IMG/VR virus record: IMGVR_UViG_3300045988_148545
Direction: 5' to 3' (one strand)
Length of the DNA stretch: 40,039 nucleotides
Source of the DNA: a virus
In this document: piece after piece, positions 5,052 to 14,258 of the stretch
How the letters are laid out: each line of letters opens with the position of its first letter
Numbering within the stretch: the stretch's first letter is position 1
Translations under genes and position numbers: made by a program
The notes under the pieces: generated by a model
What the model saw: only the letters and a program-made list of their open reading frames with translations
What the model was told of the DNA's origin: nothing
The model's database searches: none

Positions 5052-5220
5052 CAGCTTAAGAAACTTAAGGCAGACCTGCATTAAGTATTCAGGAAGTTGT
5101 AAGAGCTGTCCCTTGGGCAGACAGATGAACATTAATAACACTATGTGTCCGCATCTGACTAAGCCAATTAGTTGGACGGATGAAAAGACTACCGAAATGG
5201 TTGGAAAGATTGGAGGATAA
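5035..5220 (+). CDS. Small Cys-rich protein (C-x6-C-x2-C...C-x-H), hypothetical
   Basis: 61 aa, TTG start overlapping the preceding ORF. The cysteine spacing suggests a small metal-binding fold. Confidence 0.5.
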   Translation: MVGAINSLRNLRQTCIKYSGSCKSCPLGRQMNINNTMCPHLTKPISWTDEKTTEMVGKIGG

Positions 5221-5223
5221 AAG

Positions 5224-5412
5224 ATGATTAAGGTAACAGAAACAGAATTACTGCTGGAAGGAAATTTTTTGAGCATATTTTCAGAAACAGCATGCATACT
5301 TAGAAGTGTGCATAAAAAAACGATTGATGTGTTTGGACCAGAGTATGGCGAAATTATATATCAAAAAATAATCGCATCGGCAGATATGGATGAAGAGGAC
5401 ATTGAAAAGTAA
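5224..5412 (+). CDS. Hypothetical protein (62 aa)
   Basis: ORF in the forward gene train, with GGAGGA just upstream of the ATG. Confidence 0.6.
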   Translation: MIKVTETELLLEGNFLSIFSETACILRSVHKKTIDVFGPEYGEIIYQKIIASADMDEEDIEK

Positions 5413-5480
5413 CTTGAGAAGATGAAAACAGAAAGAATAAAAAATCTTAATGATCTGTTTTCAAAGTAAAGGAGCAAAAG

Positions 5481-5789
5481 ATGGAAGCAAACAGACTTGG
5501 AGTGAAAGAAATTAAAAGAAAAAAAGAGCCTGAATATACACCACTACATTCAAGCTCTCACAAAAACAATACACCTAAAGATTACCACATTATGGCTGAA
5601 AAGTACAGAGTACTTAACGGATTCAAGAACGTGGTAATAGGAGTAATAACAGGAGCAGTGATGTTAGTCAATGGCTGGATTGAGGTAGACAGCAAGGCAG
5701 GGCAGTTACTTGTGGCTCTGGGAATGGTGATACTGGTTACATTGATGATGCACTGCACGGACGAAATGTTGGAGGTGCAGAATGACTAA
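5481..5789 (+). CDS. Small membrane protein (two predicted TM helices)
   Basis: 102 aa. Hydrophobic segments VVIGVITGAVMLVNGWI and LLVALGMVILVTLMM. SD AAAGGAG. Confidence 0.65.
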   Translation: MEANRLGVKEIKRKKEPEYTPLHSSSHKNNTPKDYHIMAEKYRVLNGFKNVVIGVITGAVMLVNGWIEVDSKAGQLLVALGMVILVTLMMHCTDEMLEVQND

Positions 5790-6582
5790 CAAGGAATACA
5801 GGGAAGCAGAAGGAATATCAAGGTCAGACTTATTTAAAATATCAAGAAGTCCAAAACATTTTAAATATGAACAGGAGAACCCGGCAGAGCAAAGTAAGGC
5901 ACTATTGTTCGGAATAGCACTACATTCTTATGTCTTGGAACCTGAAAAATTTAAGGAAGAATATGCAATCATTCCAAATTGTGACAAGAGAACCAAGGCA
6001 GGAAAGGAAACATACAGACAGTTTTTGGCAGAAAATGAAGGAAAGTTTTTTGTAGAGCAGGACGACATGGACGCCATAATGCAGATGGCGGACTCAATCA
6101 ATGAAATACCAATTGCAAGAAAACTGCTGGAAGGAAAACATGAGCAGTCCTTTTTTTGGACGGATAAAATGACAGGTGAGAAATGCAAGTGCAGACCGGA
6201 CATAATGACAGAAATAGGTGGAACAACAATCATTGCAGACTTAAAGACCTGCGAAAGTGCAAGAACGGATATGTTCATGAAAAAGGCCGTGGAGTACGGA
6301 TATGACCTTCAGGCATACATGTACTGTGAGGGAGTGAGCAAAAACATTAATAAAAAGTGCTGTTTCGTGTTCATTGCCATTGAAAAAAAGCCACCTTATG
6401 CAGTTAACATTTTACAGGCTGATGAATACATGATGTTAAGGGGGCAGGACCTTTTCAGGGAGTATTTGGGAACATATCATTACTGCAGGGAAAATAACAA
6501 CTGGTATGGATACAACGGAATCAATGGAGACATAAACAGTCTTTCATTGCCGGCTTGGATAAGAAAAGATTACGAGAAATAA
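5782..6582 (+). CDS. PD-(D/E)XK-family exonuclease (RecE/DUF3799-like recombination exonuclease)
   Basis: 266 aa. GxALH motif (FGIALHSYVLEP), then CRPD...IADLKT, then the Y..Q..Y pattern. It lies next to an annealing-protein gene. Confidence 0.82.
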   Translation: MTNKEYREAEGISRSDLFKISRSPKHFKYEQENPAEQSKALLFGIALHSYVLEPEKFKEEYAIIPNCDKRTKAGKETYRQFLAENEGKFFVEQDDMDAIMQMADSINEIPIARKLLEGKHEQSFFWTDKMTGEKCKCRPDIMTEIGGTTIIADLKTCESARTDMFMKKAVEYGYDLQAYMYCEGVSKNINKKCCFVFIAIEKKPPYAVNILQADEYMMLRGQDLFREYLGTYHYCRENNNWYGYNGINGDINSLSLPAWIRKDYEK

Positions 6583-6596
6583 ATTAGGAGGACTAA

Positions 6597-8027
6597 ATGA
6601 ACATAACAAAAATAAAGATTAAGAACCTGTTTGGAATCAGGGAATATGATGCAGACGGAAAATCAATTGAATTAATAGGAAAGAACGGAGTGGGGAAAAG
6701 TTCCGTAATAGATGCAATAAAGTATGCGTTAACAAACAAATCCGACAGGGATTACATAGTAAGATCAGGGGAGGCTGAAGGCGAAATAATCATTGAAACC
6801 GACACCGGTTTAAGCATTGACAGAAAATGCAGGGTAAATCAGGCAGATTATAAATCAATCAAACAGTCAGGGGTCAGTGTTAACAGTCCTGAAACATTAT
6901 TAAGAGAATTATTCACGAACCTGCAGTTAAATCCGGTTGAGTTTTTACAAATGTCAAAACAGCAGCAAAACTCAATAATCTTAGACATGATTGATTTTGA
7001 CTGGGATTTAAACACCATAAGGGAATGGTTCGGAGAAATACCTTCATGGATTGACTACGATCAGAACATACTTAAGGTTTTGTCAGACATTCAGAGTGAA
7101 AAGGGTGAGTATTTTAAATCAAGACAGGACCTTAACAGGGAAATAAGAAACAAGAAAGCATTCATTGAAGATATAGCAAGTACAATTCCGGCAGAATATG
7201 ATGTTGAACGTTGGGAAAGGGCAAATCTTGGAGAAGCCTACAAAACAATCGAAACCATAAAGAGCAAGAACAATCAGATTTCAAGGGCAAGGCTAATCAT
7301 TCAGAATCAGGCAAACACGACAAGGGGAATAGATGCAGAAAGGGAGATAGCCACATCAGCTCTTGAAAAGGAAATTAGTGCAGAGGAAAAAAGAATAAGT
7401 GACACAGTGGCGGACTTAAAACATCAGATAGAACTCTTAATGGAACAGCAAAAAGCACTCTCTTTAAGAAAAGAAGAAAAATTAAGAGTGATAGAAGCAG
7501 AGCATGACAAAAAGATGGCTCAACACATTGCAGACTTAAAGGCATATGAGGAATATGCGAACATGGAGATTACGGACACATCAGAAATGGAAAGAGAAGT
7601 TTCCAGTGTAGAAAAGATGAAGGCTCACATTAACGAATATAGAAGAATGGAAAGACTTGAAGGTGAGGTTAAGCAGTTAATGGCACGTTCAAGTGAGCTT
7701 ACGGCAAAGATTGAGCTTGCAAGAAACCTTCCGGGCAAAATTCTGGAGGAATGTTCAATACCGATAGAAGGTCTTACTGTTGTTGATGGAATTCCATTGA
7801 TAAACAATCTTCCGGTAAGTAATTTGTCTGATGGAGAAAAGCTCAACTTGTGCGTTGATGTCGCAATTCAGAATCCAAACGGATTGCACATCATATTGAT
7901 TGATGGAATTGAGAGACTTGCGTCCGAAATGAGGGAAAAACTGTATAAGAAATGCAAGGAAAAGGGATTACAGTTCATTGCCACAAGAACAACGGATGAT
8001 GAGGATCTGACAGTAATAGAGTTATAG
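6597..8027 (+). CDS. SMC/Rad50/RecN-like AAA ATPase
   Basis: 476 aa. N-terminal Walker A GKNGVGKSS, long central coiled coil, C-terminal signature LSDGEK and Walker B ILIDGIERL. Confidence 0.85.
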   Translation: MNITKIKIKNLFGIREYDADGKSIELIGKNGVGKSSVIDAIKYALTNKSDRDYIVRSGEAEGEIIIETDTGLSIDRKCRVNQADYKSIKQSGVSVNSPETLLRELFTNLQLNPVEFLQMSKQQQNSIILDMIDFDWDLNTIREWFGEIPSWIDYDQNILKVLSDIQSEKGEYFKSRQDLNREIRNKKAFIEDIASTIPAEYDVERWERANLGEAYKTIETIKSKNNQISRARLIIQNQANTTRGIDAEREIATSALEKEISAEEKRISDTVADLKHQIELLMEQQKALSLRKEEKLRVIEAEHDKKMAQHIADLKAYEEYANMEITDTSEMEREVSSVEKMKAHINEYRRMERLEGEVKQLMARSSELTAKIELARNLPGKILEECSIPIEGLTVVDGIPLINNLPVSNLSDGEKLNLCVDVAIQNPNGLHIILIDGIERLASEMREKLYKKCKEKGLQFIATRTTDDEDLTVIEL

Positions 8028-8037
8028 GAGGAATACC

Positions 8038-8877
8038 ATGGAAGAAAGAAATGAGGTTGTGGTGCAGGCTGGAAACAGTCTGCCAACAAGTGACATAAAT
8101 CAGGGAACAGTTGCAATAGAAAGTAGCAGGGCGGTAGCTGAAGCGCAGGGAAAGTTATTGATAGCAAAGAAATTTCCAAGAAATGAAACGGAAGCATTCT
8201 CAAAGGCGATACAGAGTTGTCAAAGAACAGGTCTGGCTTCAAAGGCATTTTATTCATATCCAAGAGGAAAGGAAACAATTACAGGAGTAACAATAAGATT
8301 TGCAGAAGAATTGGCGAGATGTTATGGAAATCTGGATTATGGAATAAAGGAATTGTCAAACAGTAATGGTCAGTCGGAAATGCAGGCATATTGTTGGGAT
8401 TTGGAAACAAACACCATGTCGTTGCAGAATTTTACAAATAAGCACATTCGTGAAAGCAAGTACGGAAACACTGAACTGAAAAGTCAAAGGGACATTTATG
8501 AATTAAATGCAAATATGGGAGCAAGAAGATTGCGCAGCAGAATTCTTGCGATTCTTCCTCCGGATTTGGTGGAAGCCTGCATTCAGGAATGCAAGAAGAC
8601 GCTTGCAGGTGACAACACAATTCCATTCATTGACAAGGTCAACAATATGGTTGTGGCATTCCAAAAGCTGGGAGTGTCAAAGGAACAGTTGGAGAAGAGA
8701 CTAAACCATACGGTTGAATCAATCACGGAACAGGAATTGCTTGAAATGATAGGCATTTTTAACGGAATAAAGAACAAGGAAACAAAAGTATCAGAATGGT
8801 TTGAGCAACCGAGGACGGCAAGTGCCCTGACGGAAGCAATAAACGCAGAAATTAAGGAGGATGCCAAGAATGAATAA
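8038..8877 (+). CDS. Single-strand annealing protein (Bet/Red-beta / RecT superfamily)
   Basis: 279 aa. Blocks resemble Bet-type recombinases as I remember them (IAKKFPRNE, IRFAEELARCYGNL, AYCWDLETN, RDIYE, GARRLRSRIL). Context is exonuclease and SSB genes. Confidence 0.75.
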   Translation: MEERNEVVVQAGNSLPTSDINQGTVAIESSRAVAEAQGKLLIAKKFPRNETEAFSKAIQSCQRTGLASKAFYSYPRGKETITGVTIRFAEELARCYGNLDYGIKELSNSNGQSEMQAYCWDLETNTMSLQNFTNKHIRESKYGNTELKSQRDIYELNANMGARRLRSRILAILPPDLVEACIQECKKTLAGDNTIPFIDKVNNMVVAFQKLGVSKEQLEKRLNHTVESITEQELLEMIGIFNGIKNKETKVSEWFEQPRTASALTEAINAEIKEDAKNE

Positions 8878-9310
8878 GGTTACATTAATAGGGCGTTTAA
8901 CACGGGACCCGGAAGTGAGATTTTCACAGAGTGCCAATGGGCAGATGGTGGTTGCAAAATATAATCTTGCAGTTAACAGAAGATTTAAGACTGATGGACA
9001 ACCTGATGCAGATTTCATAAACTGCACAGCCCTTGGAAAGACAGCAGAATTTGTTGAAAAATACCTGTTCAAGGGAATGAAGATAGCAGTTGTCGGTGAA
9101 TGGAGAACCGGAAGCTATGAAAATAAGGATGGCAATAAGGTGTACACAAACGAATGTCTTGTTCTTGAACACGAATTTGTTGAAAGCAAGGGCAGTGACA
9201 ATTCATCAGAAAAAGGTCAGAAGGCAAAACAGCGGACAGTGCCGACAGGGGACGGATTCATGAATATTCCTGACAATGTGGATGATTCCGGTCTACCATT
9301 CAATTTTTGA
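8870..9310 (+). CDS. ssb: Single-stranded DNA-binding protein
   Basis: MNKVTLIGRLTRDPEVRF... OB-fold pattern, Gly/Ser-rich linker and acidic tip DDSGLPFNF. I chose ATG 8870, 9 nt after AGGAGG. Confidence 0.93.
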   Translation: MNKVTLIGRLTRDPEVRFSQSANGQMVVAKYNLAVNRRFKTDGQPDADFINCTALGKTAEFVEKYLFKGMKIAVVGEWRTGSYENKDGNKVYTNECLVLEHEFVESKGSDNSSEKGQKAKQRTVPTGDGFMNIPDNVDDSGLPFNF

Positions 9311-9756
9311 TGATACAGATAGACACGAGAGAAAAACCACAGGCCATTGCAAACATAAAAGCATTTTTTGATAAGAACAACATTGAATACATTGACAAGA
9401 AGATGGACATAGCAGATTATTGCGTGATTGGAAAGGAAAACCTTGTGATAGACAGAAAGAGAAATCTACAGGAGGTGGCGCAAAATCTGTGCAGTAATGA
9501 CAAAAGCAGATTCTGGAGAGAAGTAAGGCTGGCTTATCAAAATCATGTCAGGATGATTGTTCTTGTAGAGCAAAGCGGAATAAATGACTTAAAGGATGTT
9601 AGAAACTGGCAGTCAAAATATCAGAGATTAAGCGGAGCAAGACTACAGGAAGAAATGTACAGAATAGCAATGGCTTATGGAATTGAATGGAAATTTTGCC
9701 ATAAAAACAGCACTGGAAAGGTAATATGCGAATTATTGGGTGTTGATTATGGATAA
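9310..9756 (+). CDS. ERCC4/XPF-Mus81-like nuclease (putative structure-specific endonuclease/resolvase)
   Basis: 148 aa. DTRE...ADY...IDRK pattern resembles the ERCC4 GDxn-ERKxxxD core. ATG 9310 overlaps the ssb TGA. Confidence 0.55.
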   Translation: MIQIDTREKPQAIANIKAFFDKNNIEYIDKKMDIADYCVIGKENLVIDRKRNLQEVAQNLCSNDKSRFWREVRLAYQNHVRMIVLVEQSGINDLKDVRNWQSKYQRLSGARLQEEMYRIAMAYGIEWKFCHKNSTGKVICELLGVDYG

Positions 9757-10246
9757 GGATGAAATAAAACAATCATGTTCAATGAAGGAAGTGATTGGAA
9801 ATTATGGGTTGGTTCCAAACAGAGCGGGATTTGTCAGGTGTCCATTTCATCAGGGTGACAGATCCCCATCAATGAAAATATACAGGGATTCGTTTTACTG
9901 CTTTGGCTGCGGAGCCGGAGGGGACGTGTTTGATTTTGTTAGCAGAATGGATAACCTTTCATTTAAGGAAGCTTACCTGAATCTTGGCGGTGAGTATCGG
10001 CACGAAAGGAAAAATTTTTCATACATGCGAAAAATTCAACACTCAAGAACGCAGCGAAAAAAGAAAGAGCAGAAACTTACGCTAATAAGGCATAGATTGG
10101 AATATTTATCATTAATGATTGAGTTTTACAAAAAAATAAAACTTGATTCAGAACCCCTGTCGGACCCGTGGTGTCTTGCAGAGAACAAGCTGACAACACT
10201 TTGGGGCGAATATGATTACTTGTTGGAAAGAGGTGGGAAGATTTGA
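9749..10246 (+). CDS. CHC2 zinc-finger protein (DnaG-primase N-terminal domain type)
   Basis: CPFHQGDRSPSMKIY...FYCFGCGAGGDVFDFV is the classic CHC2 primase zinc finger. The start could instead be GTG 9740. Confidence 0.8.
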   Translation: MDKDEIKQSCSMKEVIGNYGLVPNRAGFVRCPFHQGDRSPSMKIYRDSFYCFGCGAGGDVFDFVSRMDNLSFKEAYLNLGGEYRHERKNFSYMRKIQHSRTQRKKKEQKLTLIRHRLEYLSLMIEFYKKIKLDSEPLSDPWCLAENKLTTLWGEYDYLLERGGKI

Positions 10247-12141
10247 ATTTTGAAAAAATGGATAAAAAAGAGCTTTTATCCATACGTACAATTGAAAGCA
10301 TAATGGACGAAGAGGATCTTCTTGCCAGGGAAATAATGATTCAGGAAGCAATGGACAGATCCGAGCAGTTAAAATGCATGACTAAGTTCAAGACACTCAT
10401 GAACGCAGCGAAAAAAGAAGAAAAAAGATTAATGGAATTGGCAAAAAAAGACATTCGCGGAGGTTCAAAGACAAACAATAATGTCATTGATTTTTCAGGA
10501 TGTGAAGAATCTTACGATTGCGGTGCGTGGGTGGCAAACGATAGCGGAGTGAGAACTTACACGGTACAGGGAGAAAGGCTTGCCTGTTATCACCCAATTC
10601 TCCCGGTGGCAAGAATGATAAACATTCAGACAGGAAAGGAAAAGGTTAAGCTTAAGTTTAAAAAGGGCACAATCTGGAAAGACATAGTCGTGGACAAGTC
10701 AATCATAGCCTCCAGCTCAAAAATAGTGGCATTAGCCGATTATGGAGTGTCCGTGACAAGTGAAAATTCAAAGGCATTGGTAAGTTATCTTTCTGATGTT
10801 GAAAATATGAACGTTGAGGAAATAGAAGTGAGAAATTCCACAAGTAAGTTGGGATGGATAAGAGGAGACTTTGTTCCATATGACGTGAATGTCTATTTTG
10901 ATAATGAGTTCAACTTTAAGATGCTTTATGAATCAATAAGAACGGCAGGCAACAGGGAAAAATGGTATGACCTTGTGAAGAAAATCAGGACAAAGGGAAG
11001 ATTGGAGCCAAAGATTTACATTGCTGCAGCATTCGCATCAGTTCTAATAGAGCCATTGAATGCATTGCCGTTCATTGTAAATCTCTGGGGAGACACGGGA
11101 AAGGGCAAGACAGTGGCATTAATGCTGGCAGCATCCATTTATGCCTTCCCCGGTAATAACGAATACGTGACGGATCCAAAATCCACCATAACGGCATTGG
11201 AGACAAGAACAAATTTCCTAAACAATTTTCCCGTGCTGATTGATGACATGTCCCAGATAAAAAACAAGTTTGATGATGACTTTTCAACATTGGTTTATTT
11301 TCTATGTTCAGGAAAGGGAAAGGAGCGTTCAAACGTCAATTTAGGAATCAATGCAACCAATTCCTGGAGAAACGTGTTTCTGACCAATAACGAGCATTCT
11401 CTTGTAACGGAAACAATGCAGGGCGGAGCGGTGAACAGAATCATAGATGTTGAAATGAGCGAAGGCTACATATTCGACAATGGAAATCAGGTGGTTGAAC
11501 TAATCAAGAAGAATTATGGTTTTGCAGGAAAAGAATTCATTGAACTTGTAAAGAACATGGGAACAGATGAAATATCCAAGATACAAAAGGATTTTCAGGA
11601 AAGAATCACGAAAAGGGCAGAACAGCTTGGAGTGGAAAAGGAAGAAAAACAGATTCTTCCAATGTCAATCATTCTGACAGCTGATAAGCTGGCAACAGAA
11701 AACCTGTTTCAAGACGGGCAATACTTGAACTTTGCCGAATGCTTTGAATTATTAAAGGATAAGGATGCAGTGTCGGAAAATCAAAGAGCCTATGAGTACA
11801 TGATTTCAGAAATTGGAATAAACAAGAACAATTTCATCATTCCGGGAACAACCGGAGACGATTACAGACAGATTTGGGGAACAATTGAAAGCGGATATGC
11901 AGTAATTCTTAAAAACATATTTGACAAGATATGCAAGGAAGCAAACTGTTCCAGCAGAACGTTTTTATCGTGGGGCAGAAAAAAGGAACTGGTAAAGGTT
12001 GGAAAAGATGGAAAGAACACAATCACAAAAAGAATAAATGGAATGGTACAAAGGTGTGTTTGGCTTAAATTACCTGACGATGGTAACGAGTTTGTGGACG
12101 TGGAAGATGGGCAGATTCCATTTGATTTTGAACAAAAATAG
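10243..12141 (+). CDS. DUF927-type primase-associated helicase (SF3-like replicative ATPase)
   Basis: 632 aa. Walker A WGDTGKGKT and Walker B VLIDDM. TTG start sits 5 nt after GAGGTGGG. Confidence 0.8.
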   Translation: MNFEKMDKKELLSIRTIESIMDEEDLLAREIMIQEAMDRSEQLKCMTKFKTLMNAAKKEEKRLMELAKKDIRGGSKTNNNVIDFSGCEESYDCGAWVANDSGVRTYTVQGERLACYHPILPVARMINIQTGKEKVKLKFKKGTIWKDIVVDKSIIASSSKIVALADYGVSVTSENSKALVSYLSDVENMNVEEIEVRNSTSKLGWIRGDFVPYDVNVYFDNEFNFKMLYESIRTAGNREKWYDLVKKIRTKGRLEPKIYIAAAFASVLIEPLNALPFIVNLWGDTGKGKTVALMLAASIYAFPGNNEYVTDPKSTITALETRTNFLNNFPVLIDDMSQIKNKFDDDFSTLVYFLCSGKGKERSNVNLGINATNSWRNVFLTNNEHSLVTETMQGGAVNRIIDVEMSEGYIFDNGNQVVELIKKNYGFAGKEFIELVKNMGTDEISKIQKDFQERITKRAEQLGVEKEEKQILPMSIILTADKLATENLFQDGQYLNFAECFELLKDKDAVSENQRAYEYMISEIGINKNNFIIPGTTGDDYRQIWGTIESGYAVILKNIFDKICKEANCSSRTFLSWGRKKELVKVGKDGKNTITKRINGMVQRCVWLKLPDDGNEFVDVEDGQIPFDFEQK

Positions 12142-12146
12142 CAAAG

Positions 12147-12410
12147 GTGTTACGGTTTTATGGTTAAAAAAACCGCTCCAATCCCTTTAATAATGGGATG
12201 TAACACTTGTAACACCTTTTTTTCGATTTTCCATACATTTTTATTTTTACCATAAAAAAATGAAAAAATAAATTTAAGATTTTAGGTTTTTAATATTTTT
12301 TATGATGTAACATTTTTGGGTGTTACAGGTGTTACAACATTTAAAAACCCTATAAATAAAGGAAAAAAGCGAAACACCTTAAAAATTAAAAAGTGTTACC
12401 TTAGTGTTAC
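12147..12410. other. Putative origin of replication: GTGTTAC iterons flanking a ~90-bp AT-rich tract
   Basis: GTGTTAC at 12147, 12320, 12329, 12393 and 12404. The inverted form GTAACAC occurs at 12200 and 12209. Degenerate copies are at 12307, 12371 and 12424. The AT-rich stretch spans 12216-12306. The region is non-coding and follows the helicase gene. Confidence 0.55.
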
Positions 12411-12458
12411 AAACGATAAAAAAGTGATACAGTTGACAATTTAAGCAAAAGGAGACTT

Positions 12459-12698
12459 ATGAGATTAGAAGACTTTAAGACAATATATAACGTAATAACT
12501 GATGTGTGGAGAACTGTGAGCAAGTACAAGGACATGGACATAAAGAACCACGAGGATGCAATATGTATGGACATGGTGAACGGGTTGCAGGCGGTTAGGA
12601 ACAAGTATCAGGATAAACGCTCGGGAAAGCTTGCAGGAGATTTATCCACGGCAATATTACATTACATATTTTTCAAGGAGAACAGGAATGACAAATAA
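12459..12698 (+). CDS. Hypothetical protein (79 aa)
   Basis: ATG preceded by AAAGGAG. No motif recognised. Confidence 0.6.
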   Translation: MRLEDFKTIYNVITDVWRTVSKYKDMDIKNHEDAICMDMVNGLQAVRNKYQDKRSGKLAGDLSTAILHYIFFKENRNDK

Positions 12699-12852
12699 AG
12701 AGATAAAACACAGGCTTGAAGAACTTGACAGGAAGGAATCAAAGATAATGTTTTCGGCTGAAAATACCAGTGCAGACAATCTTGTATTAATGTCAAGAAT
12801 AAAAACGGAAAAGGAATACTTAAGAAAAATCCTAAAGGAGCAGGAGGGATGA
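12688..12852 (+). CDS. Hypothetical coiled-coil protein (54 aa)
   Basis: I chose internal ATG 12688 (MTNKEIKHRLEEL...) because AAGGAG sits upstream. The longer ORF-track start lacks an SD. Confidence 0.5.
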   Translation: MTNKEIKHRLEELDRKESKIMFSAENTSADNLVLMSRIKTEKEYLRKILKEQEG

Positions 12853-12856
12853 TTGG

Positions 12857-13258
12857 ATGGCAAAGTTATCAAGGGAAGAACAGGCTAGAAGAGAAGGAGA
12901 AGCATACGCATACAAACTTGTTAAGGAAAAGGGCATAGAAGCTTTAGAGGAAGATTTGAGAATGAGAAACATATTCAACATCCCCATCAGGGTATCCAGA
13001 AATGATTTGTTCAAGGCTGATGAAAGACTGACACAATTCATTCTGCTGGAATGTTTAGTGACATTAAGAGACTATTTTGGATTTGGAAGAAAAAGAGCAT
13101 TAAGATTCAAGGAATGCTTTGAAAAGAAATGTCAGCTAATAGCAGAAGATTGGACGAGCTGGGCAGACCAAGCATGGATAGTTGCGACAGAGCTGGGGAT
13201 TGAGTTCCCAAAGGAAGTACAGGAAGAATTTGCCAAGAGAAGCGGAGAAACAAAATAG
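12857..13258 (+). CDS. Hypothetical protein (133 aa)
   Basis: ORF in the gene train with a GGAGGGA-type SD. No motif recognised. Confidence 0.7.
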   Translation: MAKLSREEQARREGEAYAYKLVKEKGIEALEEDLRMRNIFNIPIRVSRNDLFKADERLTQFILLECLVTLRDYFGFGRKRALRFKECFEKKCQLIAEDWTSWADQAWIVATELGIEFPKEVQEEFAKRSGETK

Positions 13259-13290
13259 AAAATGTTAAGAAATGTTAAGGAGTGAGAGGA

Positions 13291-13464
13291 ATGTTAAATA
13301 TTGAGAAATATAAGGCAATGCTAATAGGCATACTAGCGATTGGGAATATATGGATTTTAATTAACATATTTGACAGTGATGTATATGCATATATTTTTCT
13401 GGCAGAGTGCTTAATTGCAATTTTTATATTTATCGTTTGGATAGCATATCACGCTATAGGTTGA
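13291..13464 (+). CDS. Small membrane protein (two TM helices)
   Basis: ATG 13291 sits 8 nt after AAGGAG. Hydrophobic segments LIGILAIGNIWILINI and IFLAECLIAIFIFIVWIAY. Confidence 0.55.
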   Translation: MLNIEKYKAMLIGILAIGNIWILINIFDSDVYAYIFLAECLIAIFIFIVWIAYHAIG

Positions 13465-13478
13465 AAGGAGATGGAAAG

Positions 13479-13718
13479 ATGAAGATTGAAGATAACAGAA
13501 GTAATTTAAGAAAATTCGAAGAACTAGTAGTCGGAGATGTATTTGAATTTGAAAGCAATTATTATCTAAAAACGAAAGAAATTAATGATAGAAAGAGCTC
13601 AGCGTCTTATATGACATATAATGCTGTAAATATTAATTCTTCCTGTGCTGGAGAATTATTCTATTTCAAAGATAATCTTGTACATTTATTAGATAATGTA
13701 ACATTAGTGTTGAATTAA
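13479..13718 (+). CDS. Hypothetical protein (79 aa)
   Basis: I chose internal ATG 13479 after AAAGGAG. The upstream part of the ORF-track ORF overlaps the previous gene. Confidence 0.6.
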   Translation: MKIEDNRSNLRKFEELVVGDVFEFESNYYLKTKEINDRKSSASYMTYNAVNINSSCAGELFYFKDNLVHLLDNVTLVLN

Positions 13719-13731
13719 GGAGAAATAAGGA

Positions 13732-13968
13732 ATGAAAGAGCAGAAAGCGATAACACAGGAAGAAGCAATCAAACGTTTAAAAGAAAGCAGATTTACTATT
13801 CAGCCATACAACTATATGAACCAAGCATTAGATATGGCAATCTCAGCCCTTGAAAAGCAGGAAAAAATTTCAAGAACAGTTCTTAAAGGAAAATATTTTT
13901 GTCCAAGATGTAAATGCTTAATGATTCATTCAGGCTACTGTAAAAATTGCGGACAAAATACATATTAG
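13732..13968 (+). CDS. Hypothetical protein with C-terminal zinc ribbon (CPRC...CKNC)
   Basis: 78 aa, SD AAGGAG. Confidence 0.65.
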   Translation: MKEQKAITQEEAIKRLKESRFTIQPYNYMNQALDMAISALEKQEKISRTVLKGKYFCPRCKCLMIHSGYCKNCGQNTY

Positions 13969-13985
13969 ATTGGAGTTATTTATAA

Positions 13986-14258
13986 ATGTTGCACATATTA
14001 ATTCTTGTATTTGTAGGAATAGGGATTGCAACCATATTTATTCATATAGTTAAAATTTTAATTTTTTTGTTTTCTAAAATAAAAAAGCGAATGAAATATG
14101 AACACAAGATTAAATTTCTTTGCAAACATATCTATGAAATTAATTCAATTTATGGAGACGGAGAAGTTAAAGTTACTTGTCGCAGATGTGGTAAGAAAAA
14201 GTTTATACGATTTAGCTCTAAATCTCTTACAGAGTTTCGAATAGGAGGGAAGAAATGA
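13986..14258 (+). CDS. Membrane-anchored small protein with C-terminal CxxC motif
   Basis: 90 aa. N-terminal TM segment ILILVFVGIGIATIFIHIVKILIFLF. CRRCGKK lies near the C terminus. Confidence 0.55.
   Translation: MLHILILVFVGIGIATIFIHIVKILIFLFSKIKKRMKYEHKIKFLCKHIYEINSIYGDGEVKVTCRRCGKKKFIRFSSKSLTEFRIGGKK

Noticed and set aside
5031-8278. Minus-strand ORFs 5031-5297, 5928-6278, 7625-7846 and 7868-8278
   Set aside because: All are antisense to well-supported plus-strand genes in a unidirectional operon. The sequences are hydrophobic or low-complexity and lack ribosome-binding sites. They are typical shadow ORFs.
13259-13298. Short direct repeats AATGTTAAG x2 in tandem plus a third AATGTTAAA upstream of gene 13291
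   Set aside because: These are only 9-10 bp, AT-rich and overlap the SD and start region. They are easily explained by chance or local slippage, and I have no basis for a functional claim.
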